DNA of 32,000 nucleotides from Dehalococcoidia bacterium (lineage in GTDB: Bacteria > Chloroflexota > Dehalococcoidia > Lucifugimonadales > JAGWBF01), in the NCBI GenBank assembly GCA_965225925.1, contig CBDDBY010000005.1, forward strand, positions 2,028,484 through 2,060,483. Direction: 5' to 3'. Of this stretch, positions 17,608 through 25,568 are shown one piece after another (positions within the stretch are counted from its first letter, which is position 1; the number at the start of each line of letters is the position of its first letter). The translations under genes were made by a program, and so were the position numbers. Below the pieces are notes generated by a model. That model was not told the origin of the DNA. It worked only from the letters and a program-made list of their open reading frames with translations, and did not search any database.

Positions 17608-17646
17608 CCTTAGGACAGGCTGAATAATAGGAAAAAGGTAACTGCT

Positions 17647-18003
17647 ATGTTCTTGGAAATAGAGGTAATGGAGGGCGCCAACTGCCCTCTTTCGTTCACC
17701 AGGATGTTTGATGCAACCCAGGACCCAGTCCAGGTGTCCCGGGTTATGGCTTCGGACCCTCAGGACGACGACCGCATGTGTGACGTGACCGGGTGGTCCG
17801 CCGGGGGACCGTGCCCCGCCTATGCAGCTCTGGTGGAGGACTCGGGAGAGGGTATCGCCATGCTCATTTACGGCGGAGACGAGGGGATCAGGTTGAAGCC
17901 AGTGGACTGCAACGAGCCCTGGGACCTAAGCAGCCCCCAACAATGGGGAGAGGCCTGTCTCCTGTTGGACAGGGCGGTGAAGCTGGTCCTCGCCGCCCAG
18001 TAG
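17647..18003 (+). CDS. Hypothetical protein (118 aa)
   Basis: It is the only ORF filling this gap and I recognise no motif in it. The start is uncertain (ATG at 17647 or 17668). Confidence 0.45.
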   Translation: MFLEIEVMEGANCPLSFTRMFDATQDPVQVSRVMASDPQDDDRMCDVTGWSAGGPCPAYAALVEDSGEGIAMLIYGGDEGIRLKPVDCNEPWDLSSPQQWGEACLLLDRAVKLVLAAQ

Positions 18004-18006
18004 CAT

Positions 18007-18975
18007 CTAGGGAGTCAGTATTACCTTCCCCTTGGAGCCCCGTTCCTCCAGGTGGTTGTGGGCCTTCGCCACATCTCCCATGGGCATTATACGGTCAATG
18101 ACCAACCGCAGTTTCCCTGACTGGAAAAGGGGAAGCATCTCCGCCATGGCCGCATGGTGGTCCAGCACGCCCTGGGGAGACCGGCCTATGCTGAAACCCA
18201 GCACTTCCCGGTTGACGGGATAGATATCAGAGGCGGAGAGAGATGCCTGCTTGCCGCTGGCGTTGCCGTAGATGACCAGGCGCCCGTACGGGGCAAGGCA
18301 GAGAAGGCTCTTCTCCAGCACCTCTCCCCCGACGCATTCCAGGATCACCTGCACTCCGGCGCCGCCGGTGAGCCCTTTTATCGCCTCCTCGAAGTCGGTG
18401 GTAAAGTAGTTGATGGTCTCGTCAGCGCCCAGAGACCTGGCCAGCTCCAGTTTCTCCTCTGTGGATGCCGTGGCGACGACCCTGGCCCCCCAACGTTTGG
18501 CGAGCTGAATGGCGGCGGTCCCCACACCCGATGCCCCGGCCTGCACCAGCACGGTCTCCCCAGGCTTCACTTCAGCCCGGGTCTTCAGAAGGTGGTAGGC
18601 GGTAAGGAATACTACGGGTATCCCGCCGGCCTGGACCATGTCCATGCCATCGGGGCAGCGGAACACGGTGGAGGCATCCACGGAAACGTAATCGGCCTGG
18701 CCACCCGCCGCCCGGCCCAGCACCGGATCGCCGGCCTTGAATCCCGTGACGCCAGGTCCCAGCTCCTCGATAGTGCCCGCGGCTTCGAGGCCCAAGATGG
18801 CCGTGGGCGCCGACCCCGGATAGTTGCCTGTGCGGCGCATCAGGTCCGCGAAGTTCACGCCCGCCCCAGCAACCTTGATCAGCACCTCCCCTTGACCCAG
18901 TACAGGACGGGGGACATCCTCTTCATAGACCAGGACCTCAGGGCCACCAAATTTATGGATTCGAACGGCCTTCAT
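18007..18975 (-). CDS. NADPH:quinone oxidoreductase / zeta-crystallin-type MDR (322 aa)
   Basis: The ATG at 18975 (MKAVRIHKFGGPEVL) follows GGAGG. MDR blocks are present (GVNFADLMRRTGNYP, AGASGVGTAAIQLAK). The upstream in-frame extension to 19101 overlaps the preceding gene's end and has no SD. Confidence 0.85.
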   Translation of the reverse strand: MKAVRIHKFGGPEVLVYEEDVPRPVLGQGEVLIKVAGAGVNFADLMRRTGNYPGSAPTAILGLEAAGTIEELGPGVTGFKAGDPVLGRAAGGQADYVSVDASTVFRCPDGMDMVQAGGIPVVFLTAYHLLKTRAEVKPGETVLVQAGASGVGTAAIQLAKRWGARVVATASTEEKLELARSLGADETINYFTTDFEEAIKGLTGGAGVQVILECVGGEVLEKSLLCLAPYGRLVIYGNASGKQASLSASDIYPVNREVLGFSIGRSPQGVLDHHAAMAEMLPLFQSGKLRLVIDRIMPMGDVAKAHNHLEERGSKGKVILTP

Positions 18976-19867
18976 CCTACCTCCTTGTAATCGGGGAAAT
19001 CCGGGCAATCTGGATTCACCCAACCGCCAGCGAGTAGACCTCCCCGGCGCTATCGGGTAACGGATACTCATTCCAAGAATCGCCGCCATCCAGCGAGCCA
19101 AAGACCTGGCCGTCCCTGGCGGCGCAGTATATCTGCGACGGCCTGCGCGGGTTGACGGCCACCGCCATCATGGTGCTGGCCGCCGTTACCCCGCGGTCCA
19201 AACGTTCCCAGGTCTCCCCCAGGTCTGGGCTCCGGTACAATGCCCCCACGTCGCTGCGCGCAGCTCTGCCCAAAGATACATACAGGGTGTTGGGATCTGC
19301 GGGAGAGACCAGCAGGTCCCTGGTATAGGTGATGGGCGAGTAACTGCCCAAGTCGATGGCCTCTCAAGAGTCGCCCCGTTGAGGGCCGCGGAACATCCCC
19401 TCTCTGGTGCTGATGTACACGGTCCCTGGATTTGCCGGGCTCACCACCACACCGTGGAGGTCCAAACGGTCCTCGCCTCCCTCGGATAGACCCAAGTTGA
19501 TGGGCTCCCAGGTCTCTCCACCGTCCGGGCTGCGGATCATGCCGCCAACTTCCAGGGCGGCGTATATCTGGTCGGGATACGAGGGGTCGGCGGCCATGTC
19601 AATAACCCGGGTGTCGAAGGACATGGCCATCACGTCGGGGCCCAAAGCTATGGGCAACGGCTCCCAGCTTTCACCGGCATCCTCGGTCCGAAAAATCTGG
19701 GCCGGGGCCGTACCGACGTACATAACGCTAGGCTTGTGGGGGCGAAACAAAATGGACCAGACGACGCTGCCAGCGATGGGCAGGTTCAAGGGTCTCCAGT
19801 GGTCGCCCCGGCTACCGCTGCGAAATATGCCATCCCCGGTACCGGCGAACACCACCTCCGGCCTTAA

Positions 19868-19886
19868 CCCGAATCCACCGAAGGAC
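19868..19886. repeat. IS terminal inverted repeat (left)
   Basis: CCCGAATCCACCGAAGGAC, the exact reverse complement of 21554-21572. Confidence 0.85.
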
Positions 19887-20014
19887 ACGGATGGACGGCG
19901 TGAGGGCAGCGGAAGGGGGTGGGTGAGGGAGCTACAGGGGAGATGGCCTGGGGTCTTGGGGTAGATGGGAGGCCGGCGGAGGGTCTTCAGTCGCCGCACA
20001 GGGCCCCTAAGGCC

Positions 20015-21451
20015 CTATGCGGGAGTTGCGATGCGCGGGATGGCGAGAGGATACGCAGCAGGGGACTCTCGCGACCGGGGTGGCGCGAGATTGCGGGGAC
20101 GTTGGGTCAGTTGCAGGCTGGCCGTCAGGCCGGGAATGGAATGGCTTGCAGCCGGGCCAAGGCGCGACTGAACTGGGTTTCCCAAGGCCAGCGCCGGGGG
20201 AGATGCAAAGTGAGGCGGCGCGCCGAGCGGGTGATCCGCCCCACCAGAGCGAAGACCCGCCGCCTGAGGGTCTTGGTGATCACGGTCCGCTCGCCCAGAC
20301 CAATCCGCGCCGTTCCAGCGGGCCAGGTTATGCGCCATCACCTGGCCCGCCAGCCAGGCGCCGTTGGCGGCGAAGCGCGCCGACGGCATGTGGTTCAGCC
20401 CGACACCGTACTTGAGGTCGCGTATGGCGTTCTCGACCTCGGCGTGGCGGCGATGATCGGCCTCCAGTTCCAGCGTCTCCCCATCGCGGTCGGTGATGAA
20501 GGCGTGATAGCTGTATCTGGCGAAGAGGGCGAGCTGGGAACCGGGTGTCGGCTTCACCCGCCGGACAATGAGCCGCGCCGGCGGGGCGTCCGGCTTGGTC
20601 TGGAACGGGGTGTAAGTCGTCTCGGCGACATCGGCGGCGCCGTCCATCCAGTAGGGAATGGGAGTCCAGTCCTCCTCTGGTATCGCCTCGATCAGGTCCC
20701 GCAGGCTGGCGCGCTGGCGGATGGTGATAGAGAAGCGGACATCCATTTCCCGGCAGGCGGCAACGACAGTGTGGGCGTAGAAGCCGCTGTCGGCCCGCAC
20801 CGTGAGTTGTCCCCTGGCCCCGCCGTAGCGCACCCGCCCCACCGTCTCACGCAGGAAGTGGGCCGCGCCACGGGCGGTGTTGGCCCGGCCCTCGCGCAGC
20901 CGGGACAACAGCACCTCGCCGGTGCCGGCGGCAATGGCCAGCAGCGGGTGATAGCCGCGGGCGCCGGTATAGCCGTGGTGGCGCGCTCCCTCCTTGGCCA
21001 GTCCATAGGTCTCGCAGATGGTCGAGTCCAGGTCGATGGTCAGGGGCGAGTCGCCGGGTCCGGCCCCAGCGGCCCAAGCCCGGGCCAACAACTGGCGGCT
21101 CACGCGGTCGAGTTGACGGACATGCCCCCACCGGAAGCTGCGCAGGAAGGTCCCCAGGGTGGATGACGCCTTGACCACGCAGCCTAGAACACCGACCGTC
21201 TCACCAGCGCGCAGCGCATCGGCGTCGTCGATGCAGTCGCCGCCTGCCAGCGCGGAAGCGACCAGCGTCAGCATCTTGTCCCCAGTGTTCGCCCGTCCCG
21301 GCGCTCCGCCGAGGTCAAGGTGATGGTCGACGAGTTCCCGCAGGCCCAGGTGCCGGGCTAGGGTGGCCGGCAGGAGCAGGCCGGCATTGGCCACCAGGCG
21401 ATGGTCGTCAAAGAGGATGCGCATACGGTCGAATTTGTTCTGTGGCAGCAT
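20015..21451 (-). CDS. DDE transposase, IS1380 family (478 aa)
   Basis: AAGGAG SD lies 10 nt upstream of the ATG. The N-terminal pattern (FDDHRLVANAGLLLPATLARHLGL...GDCIDDADALR...SSTLGTFLRSF) and the C-terminal HRRHAEVENAIRDLK block resemble IS1380/DDE_Tnp_1_4 transposases as I recall them. Confidence 0.8.
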   Translation of the reverse strand: MLPQNKFDRMRILFDDHRLVANAGLLLPATLARHLGLRELVDHHLDLGGAPGRANTGDKMLTLVASALAGGDCIDDADALRAGETVGVLGCVVKASSTLGTFLRSFRWGHVRQLDRVSRQLLARAWAAGAGPGDSPLTIDLDSTICETYGLAKEGARHHGYTGARGYHPLLAIAAGTGEVLLSRLREGRANTARGAAHFLRETVGRVRYGGARGQLTVRADSGFYAHTVVAACREMDVRFSITIRQRASLRDLIEAIPEEDWTPIPYWMDGAADVAETTYTPFQTKPDAPPARLIVRRVKPTPGSQLALFARYSYHAFITDRDGETLELEADHRRHAEVENAIRDLKYGVGLNHMPSARFAANGAWLAGQVMAHNLARWNGADWSGRADRDHQDPQAAGLRSGGADHPLGAPPHFASPPALALGNPVQSRLGPAASHSIPGLTASLQLTQRPRNLAPPRSRESPAAYPLAIPRIATPA

Positions 21452-21553
21452 CTATTGGGTGCTCCTTGTTTCCGGGCTGGTTTCTGTTCCAAAACCATTA
21501 TCCCAGATTCAGAGGAGCACCCTCTGGCTTCTTCAAGGACTGTCCCCAAGGCC

Positions 21554-21572
21554 GTCCTTCGGTGGATTCGGG
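21554..21572. repeat. IS terminal inverted repeat (right)
   Basis: GTCCTTCGGTGGATTCGGG, the exact reverse complement of 19868-19886. Confidence 0.85.
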
Positions 21573-21741
21573 CTTAGAGGATGGGTGGTGATTACCCTCA
21601 CCTCGGGAGAAGGGGGCAGGCCGTTGGTAATCTCCTCCCACCCCTCTACTGCGGGCGACTTCCGGAAGAGGCCGCCAGTCCCCGCGCCGGCATAGACGTA
21701 AGGTTCCGCGACATCCATTCTTACCTCCGACGTTAGCCCGC

Positions 21742-22452
21742 CTACCGAAGGTGCAAATGCTTGAAGCTCTCGGCGTAATCCATGCCGTGGTGCTGGCCCG
21801 CCTTCTGCTTCCACTCCCGCACCCAGCCGTCGGACTCAAGGCTGTCTCCCACCTGGGACACGTGCCGCTTCAGCGCCTCGATGGCTACTTCGATAGTATC
21901 TGAAACGTCTATCCACTTGTCGGGATCGTTGTAGTCGGGCACCAGGACCTCGCGGACCTTGTGGGGCTCCAACCCCTCCTGGAGCAGCTCCGGAAAGGTC
22001 ATACGGTCTCGGGCAGCAGGGAATACCGCGGCCAGGGTTGCCTCTCCCACCGCCAGATGGTCGGGATGGCCGATCCACTGGCTCGCCTTCAGCTCTCTTA
22101 CGGGACTTGGACAGATCAGGATGTCCGGCTTGTGCCTCCTGATCTGCCTCACGATGTCCCGCCGGAGCTCCAGGGTGGGCTGGAGCATGGAGTCCTCGTA
22201 ACCGAGGAAAACCACATCCTTCAAACCCAGGACCTCGCCCGCCGCGATCTGCTCCTCCCGCCGTATCCCCGCCAGTTCCTCGGAGGTCATAGATGGGTTA
22301 CTGCTGCCCTTACTGCCGTCGGAGCATATAACGTACACCACCTCTATCCCCTCCCCACACCATTTGGCCACAGTCCCTGCGCAGGAATATTCGGCGTCGT
22401 CGGCATGAGCCATCACCACCATCCCCCGTGTGTAAGGCAGCTCTTGAGTCAT
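21742..22452 (-). CDS. LmbE/PIG-L family N-acetylglucosaminyl-type deacetylase
   Basis: Metal-binding boxes VVMAHADDAEY and GHPDH are present. The ATG at 22452 avoids overlap with the upstream gene, whereas the track ORF opens at 22542. It lies 58 nt downstream of the CysRS-GT2 stop on the same strand. Confidence 0.8.
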   Translation of the reverse strand: MTQELPYTRGMVVMAHADDAEYSCAGTVAKWCGEGIEVVYVICSDGSKGSSNPSMTSEELAGIRREEQIAAGEVLGLKDVVFLGYEDSMLQPTLELRRDIVRQIRRHKPDILICPSPVRELKASQWIGHPDHLAVGEATLAAVFPAARDRMTFPELLQEGLEPHKVREVLVPDYNDPDKWIDVSDTIEVAIEALKRHVSQVGDSLESDGWVREWKQKAGQHHGMDYAESFKHLHLR

Positions 22453-22510
22453 AGAACGTCTATCCTTCTTAATAGAATAAATGGAGGCATCCAGGCGGCG
22501 ATTGACGGTG

Positions 22511-24694
22511 TCAGGAGTGGTGGGTCTTGTTACTGGAAACAAGGAGGTCCGTCCTGTCGCCCCACTTTTTCAGGAAACGCTTGAAGTTTTTGTGGCTAAG
22601 CTGGTCCCGCTCGGCCTCTCCCAGGGCGCTCCACTGGCGGTGTTCGTGGCGGGTGAAAGGGAGGCTGCCGTCGGCCACTATCCGGTAACCCTGGTCCTTG
22701 AACTGAAAGCTGAAGTCCAGGTCCAGATTACGATAAAAGCGGAAGGTTTCACGCATAAGGCCCACCCGGCCCGACAGGGGGCGGCGAAAGGCCAGGCAGT
22801 AGGCCTGCATGGCGTCGGCGTCGTTGGAGCCCACCTCTTCGTGGAAGTGCCGGAGGTCGTCGGTTCGAAGCCCCCAGGGTCCCACCAGGCCTATGGACTC
22901 CTCCTCCAGCCACCTGCCCACGGGGCCCAGGACGTCGCCGCAGACTTCCACCGAGGTGTCGACAATCACTATGTTCTTGCCCAAGCTCTGTTTCAACCCG
23001 ATATTCTTGGCGGCCGCTTCTCCCAGCACATGGTCGCAGAATATGACACGGACGCGGGAGTCCCGTTGCTGCAACTCCTGGAGCCACTCGGATGTGCCAT
23101 CAGTGGAGCCGTTGTCCACCAAAACCAGCTCGGCGGAATATCCATCGGACCATTTCAAGATGCTCTCGGCGCACCGCTTCACATCGTCTATGTAGTTGCT
23201 GGCGGTTATAACAAATGAGAATTCAACCTTGTTGGGCAAATCTAGATAGGTCTCCACTTCCTTGGATGAGGAGACTGCCTTCCATCGCTCATTGCGGGTC
23301 TCCAGGCGAGTCTTGGGCCGGACCTTGGTATCCTCCCGAGTATCCCTCACCAAGTATCCCTCGCCGGCAAGGTTGGAGCGTAGCGTATCGGCCCTGTGAT
23401 AATCGGCCCTCTTACGGAAGCCGTCCCTTTTAGTAACGGTTGACTGGATTTGGCGGGAAAGCTCGTAACGGCCAGGCACCTCATCCAGCCTGAGTCCCAG
23501 GATACGGTCCAGTTCCAAAAGTAGCTGGAGCTTGGCCTGACCGGGCAGATTTGAGTGAACCATATCCCACGTCAGGCCCAGGGCCCTGGGCAGGTCCAGG
23601 TCGCTCTCCACGGCGTCCATCAGTTTTCCCTGCCATTCCTCCGACTCCTGGGGCAGACTGGACAGGGGTGGGAGGTTTCGCCACTCGACAACACGGTTCC
23701 TGAGGCTGGTCAGGGCCCGCTCGGCGGCCCGAAGGGCCGAGAAGGTGAAATTCATCCTGTGCCTGTACCTGACTGTGAGGCAGAGATACCGGAATGACAG
23801 GGGATCGAAACCCCGTTGCTCCAGGTCATCCAGGATGAACTCGTTCCCAGCCGACTTCGCCATCTTTACCCCGTCGGCGAGGAGGTGCTGGCCGTGCACC
23901 CAGTAGCGCACGAAGGGCTTGCCAAATGCCGCCTCGCTCTGGGCTATCTCGTCCTCGTGGTGGGGGAAGATGTTGTCCACGCCTCCCGTGTGTATGTCCA
24001 GTTGCTCTCCCATGTATTTGGTGGACATGGCGGAGCATTCAATATGCCAACCTGGGAATCCCTCACCCCAGGGACTGTCCCACTTCATTTCCCTGCCGGG
24101 TTCCGCCGCCTTCCAGAGGGTAAAGTCACGGGGGTCCCTTTTCAAAGGGTCGGCTTCCATCTTAACCCCCTCCATCAGCCCCTCCCCGACGTTACCCGAC
24201 AACTTCCCGTAATCGGTGAACTTCCCTACCTCGAAGTAGATGTTGCCCCCGGCCTCGTAGGCGTATCTTTTTTCAAACAGCCGGTCTATAACGGCCAGCA
24301 TTTCCTGGATATGGTCGGTGGCCCAGGGGAAGTGGTGGGCTGGGAGAACGTTGAGCTTCTCTTCGTCTCTGTGGAAGGTCTGTGCGTAGAACCGGGCTAT
24401 CTCCTGGGGAGTCTTCCCCTCGGCGAGAGCGGCCAGTATCACTTTGTCCCCACCGGTCTCGAGCATCTCCTGCCGCATGTGGCCCACATCGGTAATGTTC
24501 TTGACGTGGACCACGTTGTATCCCCGGTACTCCAGGGCCCGTTTGATCCAGTCGGCCATCATGTAGGTGCGGAGGTTGCCTATATGGGCATAGCGGTACA
24601 CGGTCGGGCCGCAGGTGTACATGCGTACTACCCCGGGCTCCAGGCTGGTGACCTCTTCGATGGTCCTGGTGAGAGTATTATAGATGCGTAGCAA
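22511..24694 (-). CDS. cysS: Cysteinyl-tRNA synthetase-type enzyme fused to a C-terminal GT2 (GT-A fold) glycosyltransferase domain (727 aa)
   Basis: TTG start. CysRS motifs are present: HIGH (AHIGN, aa 36-40), KMSKS (KMAKS, aa 277-281), the Zn/Cys boxes TCGPTVY, GWHIECSAM and FPHHEDEIAQSE, and a helical C-terminal region to about aa 460. A GT2 domain follows at about aa 489-690 (FSFVITASNY, LVLVDNGSTDGT, IVIVDTS; nt about 22625-23230). Confidence 0.85.
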   Translation of the reverse strand: MLRIYNTLTRTIEEVTSLEPGVVRMYTCGPTVYRYAHIGNLRTYMMADWIKRALEYRGYNVVHVKNITDVGHMRQEMLETGGDKVILAALAEGKTPQEIARFYAQTFHRDEEKLNVLPAHHFPWATDHIQEMLAVIDRLFEKRYAYEAGGNIYFEVGKFTDYGKLSGNVGEGLMEGVKMEADPLKRDPRDFTLWKAAEPGREMKWDSPWGEGFPGWHIECSAMSTKYMGEQLDIHTGGVDNIFPHHEDEIAQSEAAFGKPFVRYWVHGQHLLADGVKMAKSAGNEFILDDLEQRGFDPLSFRYLCLTVRYRHRMNFTFSALRAAERALTSLRNRVVEWRNLPPLSSLPQESEEWQGKLMDAVESDLDLPRALGLTWDMVHSNLPGQAKLQLLLELDRILGLRLDEVPGRYELSRQIQSTVTKRDGFRKRADYHRADTLRSNLAGEGYLVRDTREDTKVRPKTRLETRNERWKAVSSSKEVETYLDLPNKVEFSFVITASNYIDDVKRCAESILKWSDGYSAELVLVDNGSTDGTSEWLQELQQRDSRVRVIFCDHVLGEAAAKNIGLKQSLGKNIVIVDTSVEVCGDVLGPVGRWLEEESIGLVGPWGLRTDDLRHFHEEVGSNDADAMQAYCLAFRRPLSGRVGLMRETFRFYRNLDLDFSFQFKDQGYRIVADGSLPFTRHEHRQWSALGEAERDQLSHKNFKRFLKKWGDRTDLLVSSNKTHHS

Positions 24695-24771
24695 ACGCCC
24701 TTCCCCGGTGGAGGTTGCTCAGGGAGGATTTTAACACTTATACGCCCCCAATGCACCTGCAACCCCCGCCG

Positions 24772-24800
24772 TTGACATTGGCGGCGGCTGTGCCTACAAT
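24772..24800 (+). promoter_or_regulatory. Sigma70-like promoter candidate TTGACA-17-TACAAT
   Basis: A consensus -35, a 17-nt spacer and a near-consensus -10, about 45 nt upstream of the ATG at 24846. Confidence 0.5.
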
Positions 24801-24845
24801 CCTATCTAGCCATTAGCTACTCCCAATCTGGCTCTGAGGCCTGAT

Positions 24846-25547
24846 ATGACCAGCATAAGACAGCTCCATGAACTTCAAGAACTGGACCTGGAGATCGCCC
24901 AACGGCAGGGCCTAATCGCCTCGGTGGATAGCCAGCTAGGCGACCGGTCGGCCCTGGATAGCCTACGCAACCAGCTTGCGAGCCGGGAGGCGGGCCTCCA
25001 TGAGCTACGTCTGAAGCAAAGGTCCGGGACGCTGAACGTGGACTCCATAAGGGAAAAACTGCAGGACCTGGAGGGGAAGCTGTACGGTGGCGCAATAACG
25101 AACCAGAGGGAATTGGAGAGCTACGAAAAAGAGGCGGCCTTCCTGCGCGGCCAGTTGCAACAGCTGGATGAAGAGGGACTGGCAGAGATGATGGCCCTGG
25201 AAGAAGCCGAGAAGAAGGTCAGGTCCCTGAATGAGAGTTCCAAGCAGGGCGAGGAAGACTGGAAAGTCAAGCAAACAGAGCTGGCCCGTGAGAGAGCGGG
25301 GCTGGAGGAGATCATAGCGGCTCTGGAGTCCCGGAGACAGAAGATGGTCGCCCAGGTGGGCGGGCAGGAGCTCAAACTGTACGAGAACCTTCGACTGGCC
25401 AAAGGGGGAATGGCCATTGCTAAGGTGGAAAGGGGAATGTGCCAGGTGTGCCGGATGGCCCTCCCCACCCACCAGAACCAGCGGGTCAGGACTGGACGGG
25501 AGCCCGTGCAGTGCGGCAGCTGCGGGCGGATTCTATACTTGAGTTGA
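24846..25547 (+). CDS. COG1579/DUF164-type coiled-coil protein with C-terminal C4 zinc ribbon (233 aa)
   Basis: Long heptad-like Glu/Leu/Gln-rich region, followed by CQVCRM...CGSCGRILY. Confidence 0.75.
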   Translation: MTSIRQLHELQELDLEIAQRQGLIASVDSQLGDRSALDSLRNQLASREAGLHELRLKQRSGTLNVDSIREKLQDLEGKLYGGAITNQRELESYEKEAAFLRGQLQQLDEEGLAEMMALEEAEKKVRSLNESSKQGEEDWKVKQTELARERAGLEEIIAALESRRQKMVAQVGGQELKLYENLRLAKGGMAIAKVERGMCQVCRMALPTHQNQRVRTGREPVQCGSCGRILYLS

Positions 25548-25568
25548 GCCAGTTTCTGGGTGCCAGCG

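Larger units (their letters stand above)
19867..21572 (-). mobile_element. IS1380-family insertion sequence (about 1.7 kb)
   Basis: A single transposase ORF is flanked by perfect 19-bp terminal inverted repeats (CCCGAATCCACCGAAGGAC). CTTA appears on both flanks (19863-19866 and 21573-21576). The element is visibly more GC-rich than its surroundings. Confidence 0.8.
19016..21718 (-). pseudogene. BNR/Asp-box beta-propeller protein gene, split by an IS element (19867-21572) and carrying an in-frame TGA at 19364-19366
   Basis: The N-terminal piece (21718 down to about 21573; MDVAEPYVYAGAGTGGLF..., GGAGG SD) and the C-terminal pieces (19866-19367 and 19363-19016) share one frame once 1710 nt are removed. 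Repeated Asp-boxes are present: SRGDHW, DAGESW, DGGETW, DLGETW, DGGDSW. Confidence 0.85.

Noticed and set aside
18976-19101. N-terminal 42-aa extension of the quinone oxidoreductase
   Set aside because: It overlaps the 3' end of the BNR gene. The MDR family N-terminus (MKAVRI...) starts at 18975, directly after GGAGG.
19364-19366. TGA as selenocysteine or Trp recoding
   Set aside because: TGA is used as an ordinary stop by several well-defined genes here (for example birA, the HisRS-like gene, hisG and CysRS-GT2). No SECIS-like context was looked for or seen. The same gene is already broken by an IS, so a nonsense mutation is the simplest reading.
19916-19935. Similarity between GGGGGTGAGGGCTAC (36-50) and GGGGGTGGGTGAGGGAGCTAC inside the IS
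   Set aside because: The match is short, G-rich and imperfect, so it is most likely chance in this composition. It does not extend on either side.
19919-21166. 415-aa plus-strand ORF antisense to the transposase
   Set aside because: It is Arg/Gly/Ala/Pro-rich low-complexity sequence lying wholly opposite a well-supported DDE transposase ORF. This is a typical shadow ORF in very GC-rich DNA.
23816-24691. 291-aa plus-strand ORF antisense to the CysRS region
   Set aside because: It lies entirely opposite a gene with unmistakable CysRS motifs. It has no SD or recognisable motif, so it is a GC-driven shadow ORF. The same reasoning applies to 2956-3519, 3125-3601, 4543-5295, 5702-6460, 7502-8212, 8097-8693, 9822-10298, 18154-18990 and similar track entries.
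24695-24845. T-box or other leader upstream of the CysRS-type gene (likewise 28577-28685 upstream of the HisRS-like gene)
   Set aside because: The intergenic regions are only about 150 and 109 nt. I could not see a T-box (AANNNGGGTGGTACCGCG-like) motif or a specifier-loop architecture.
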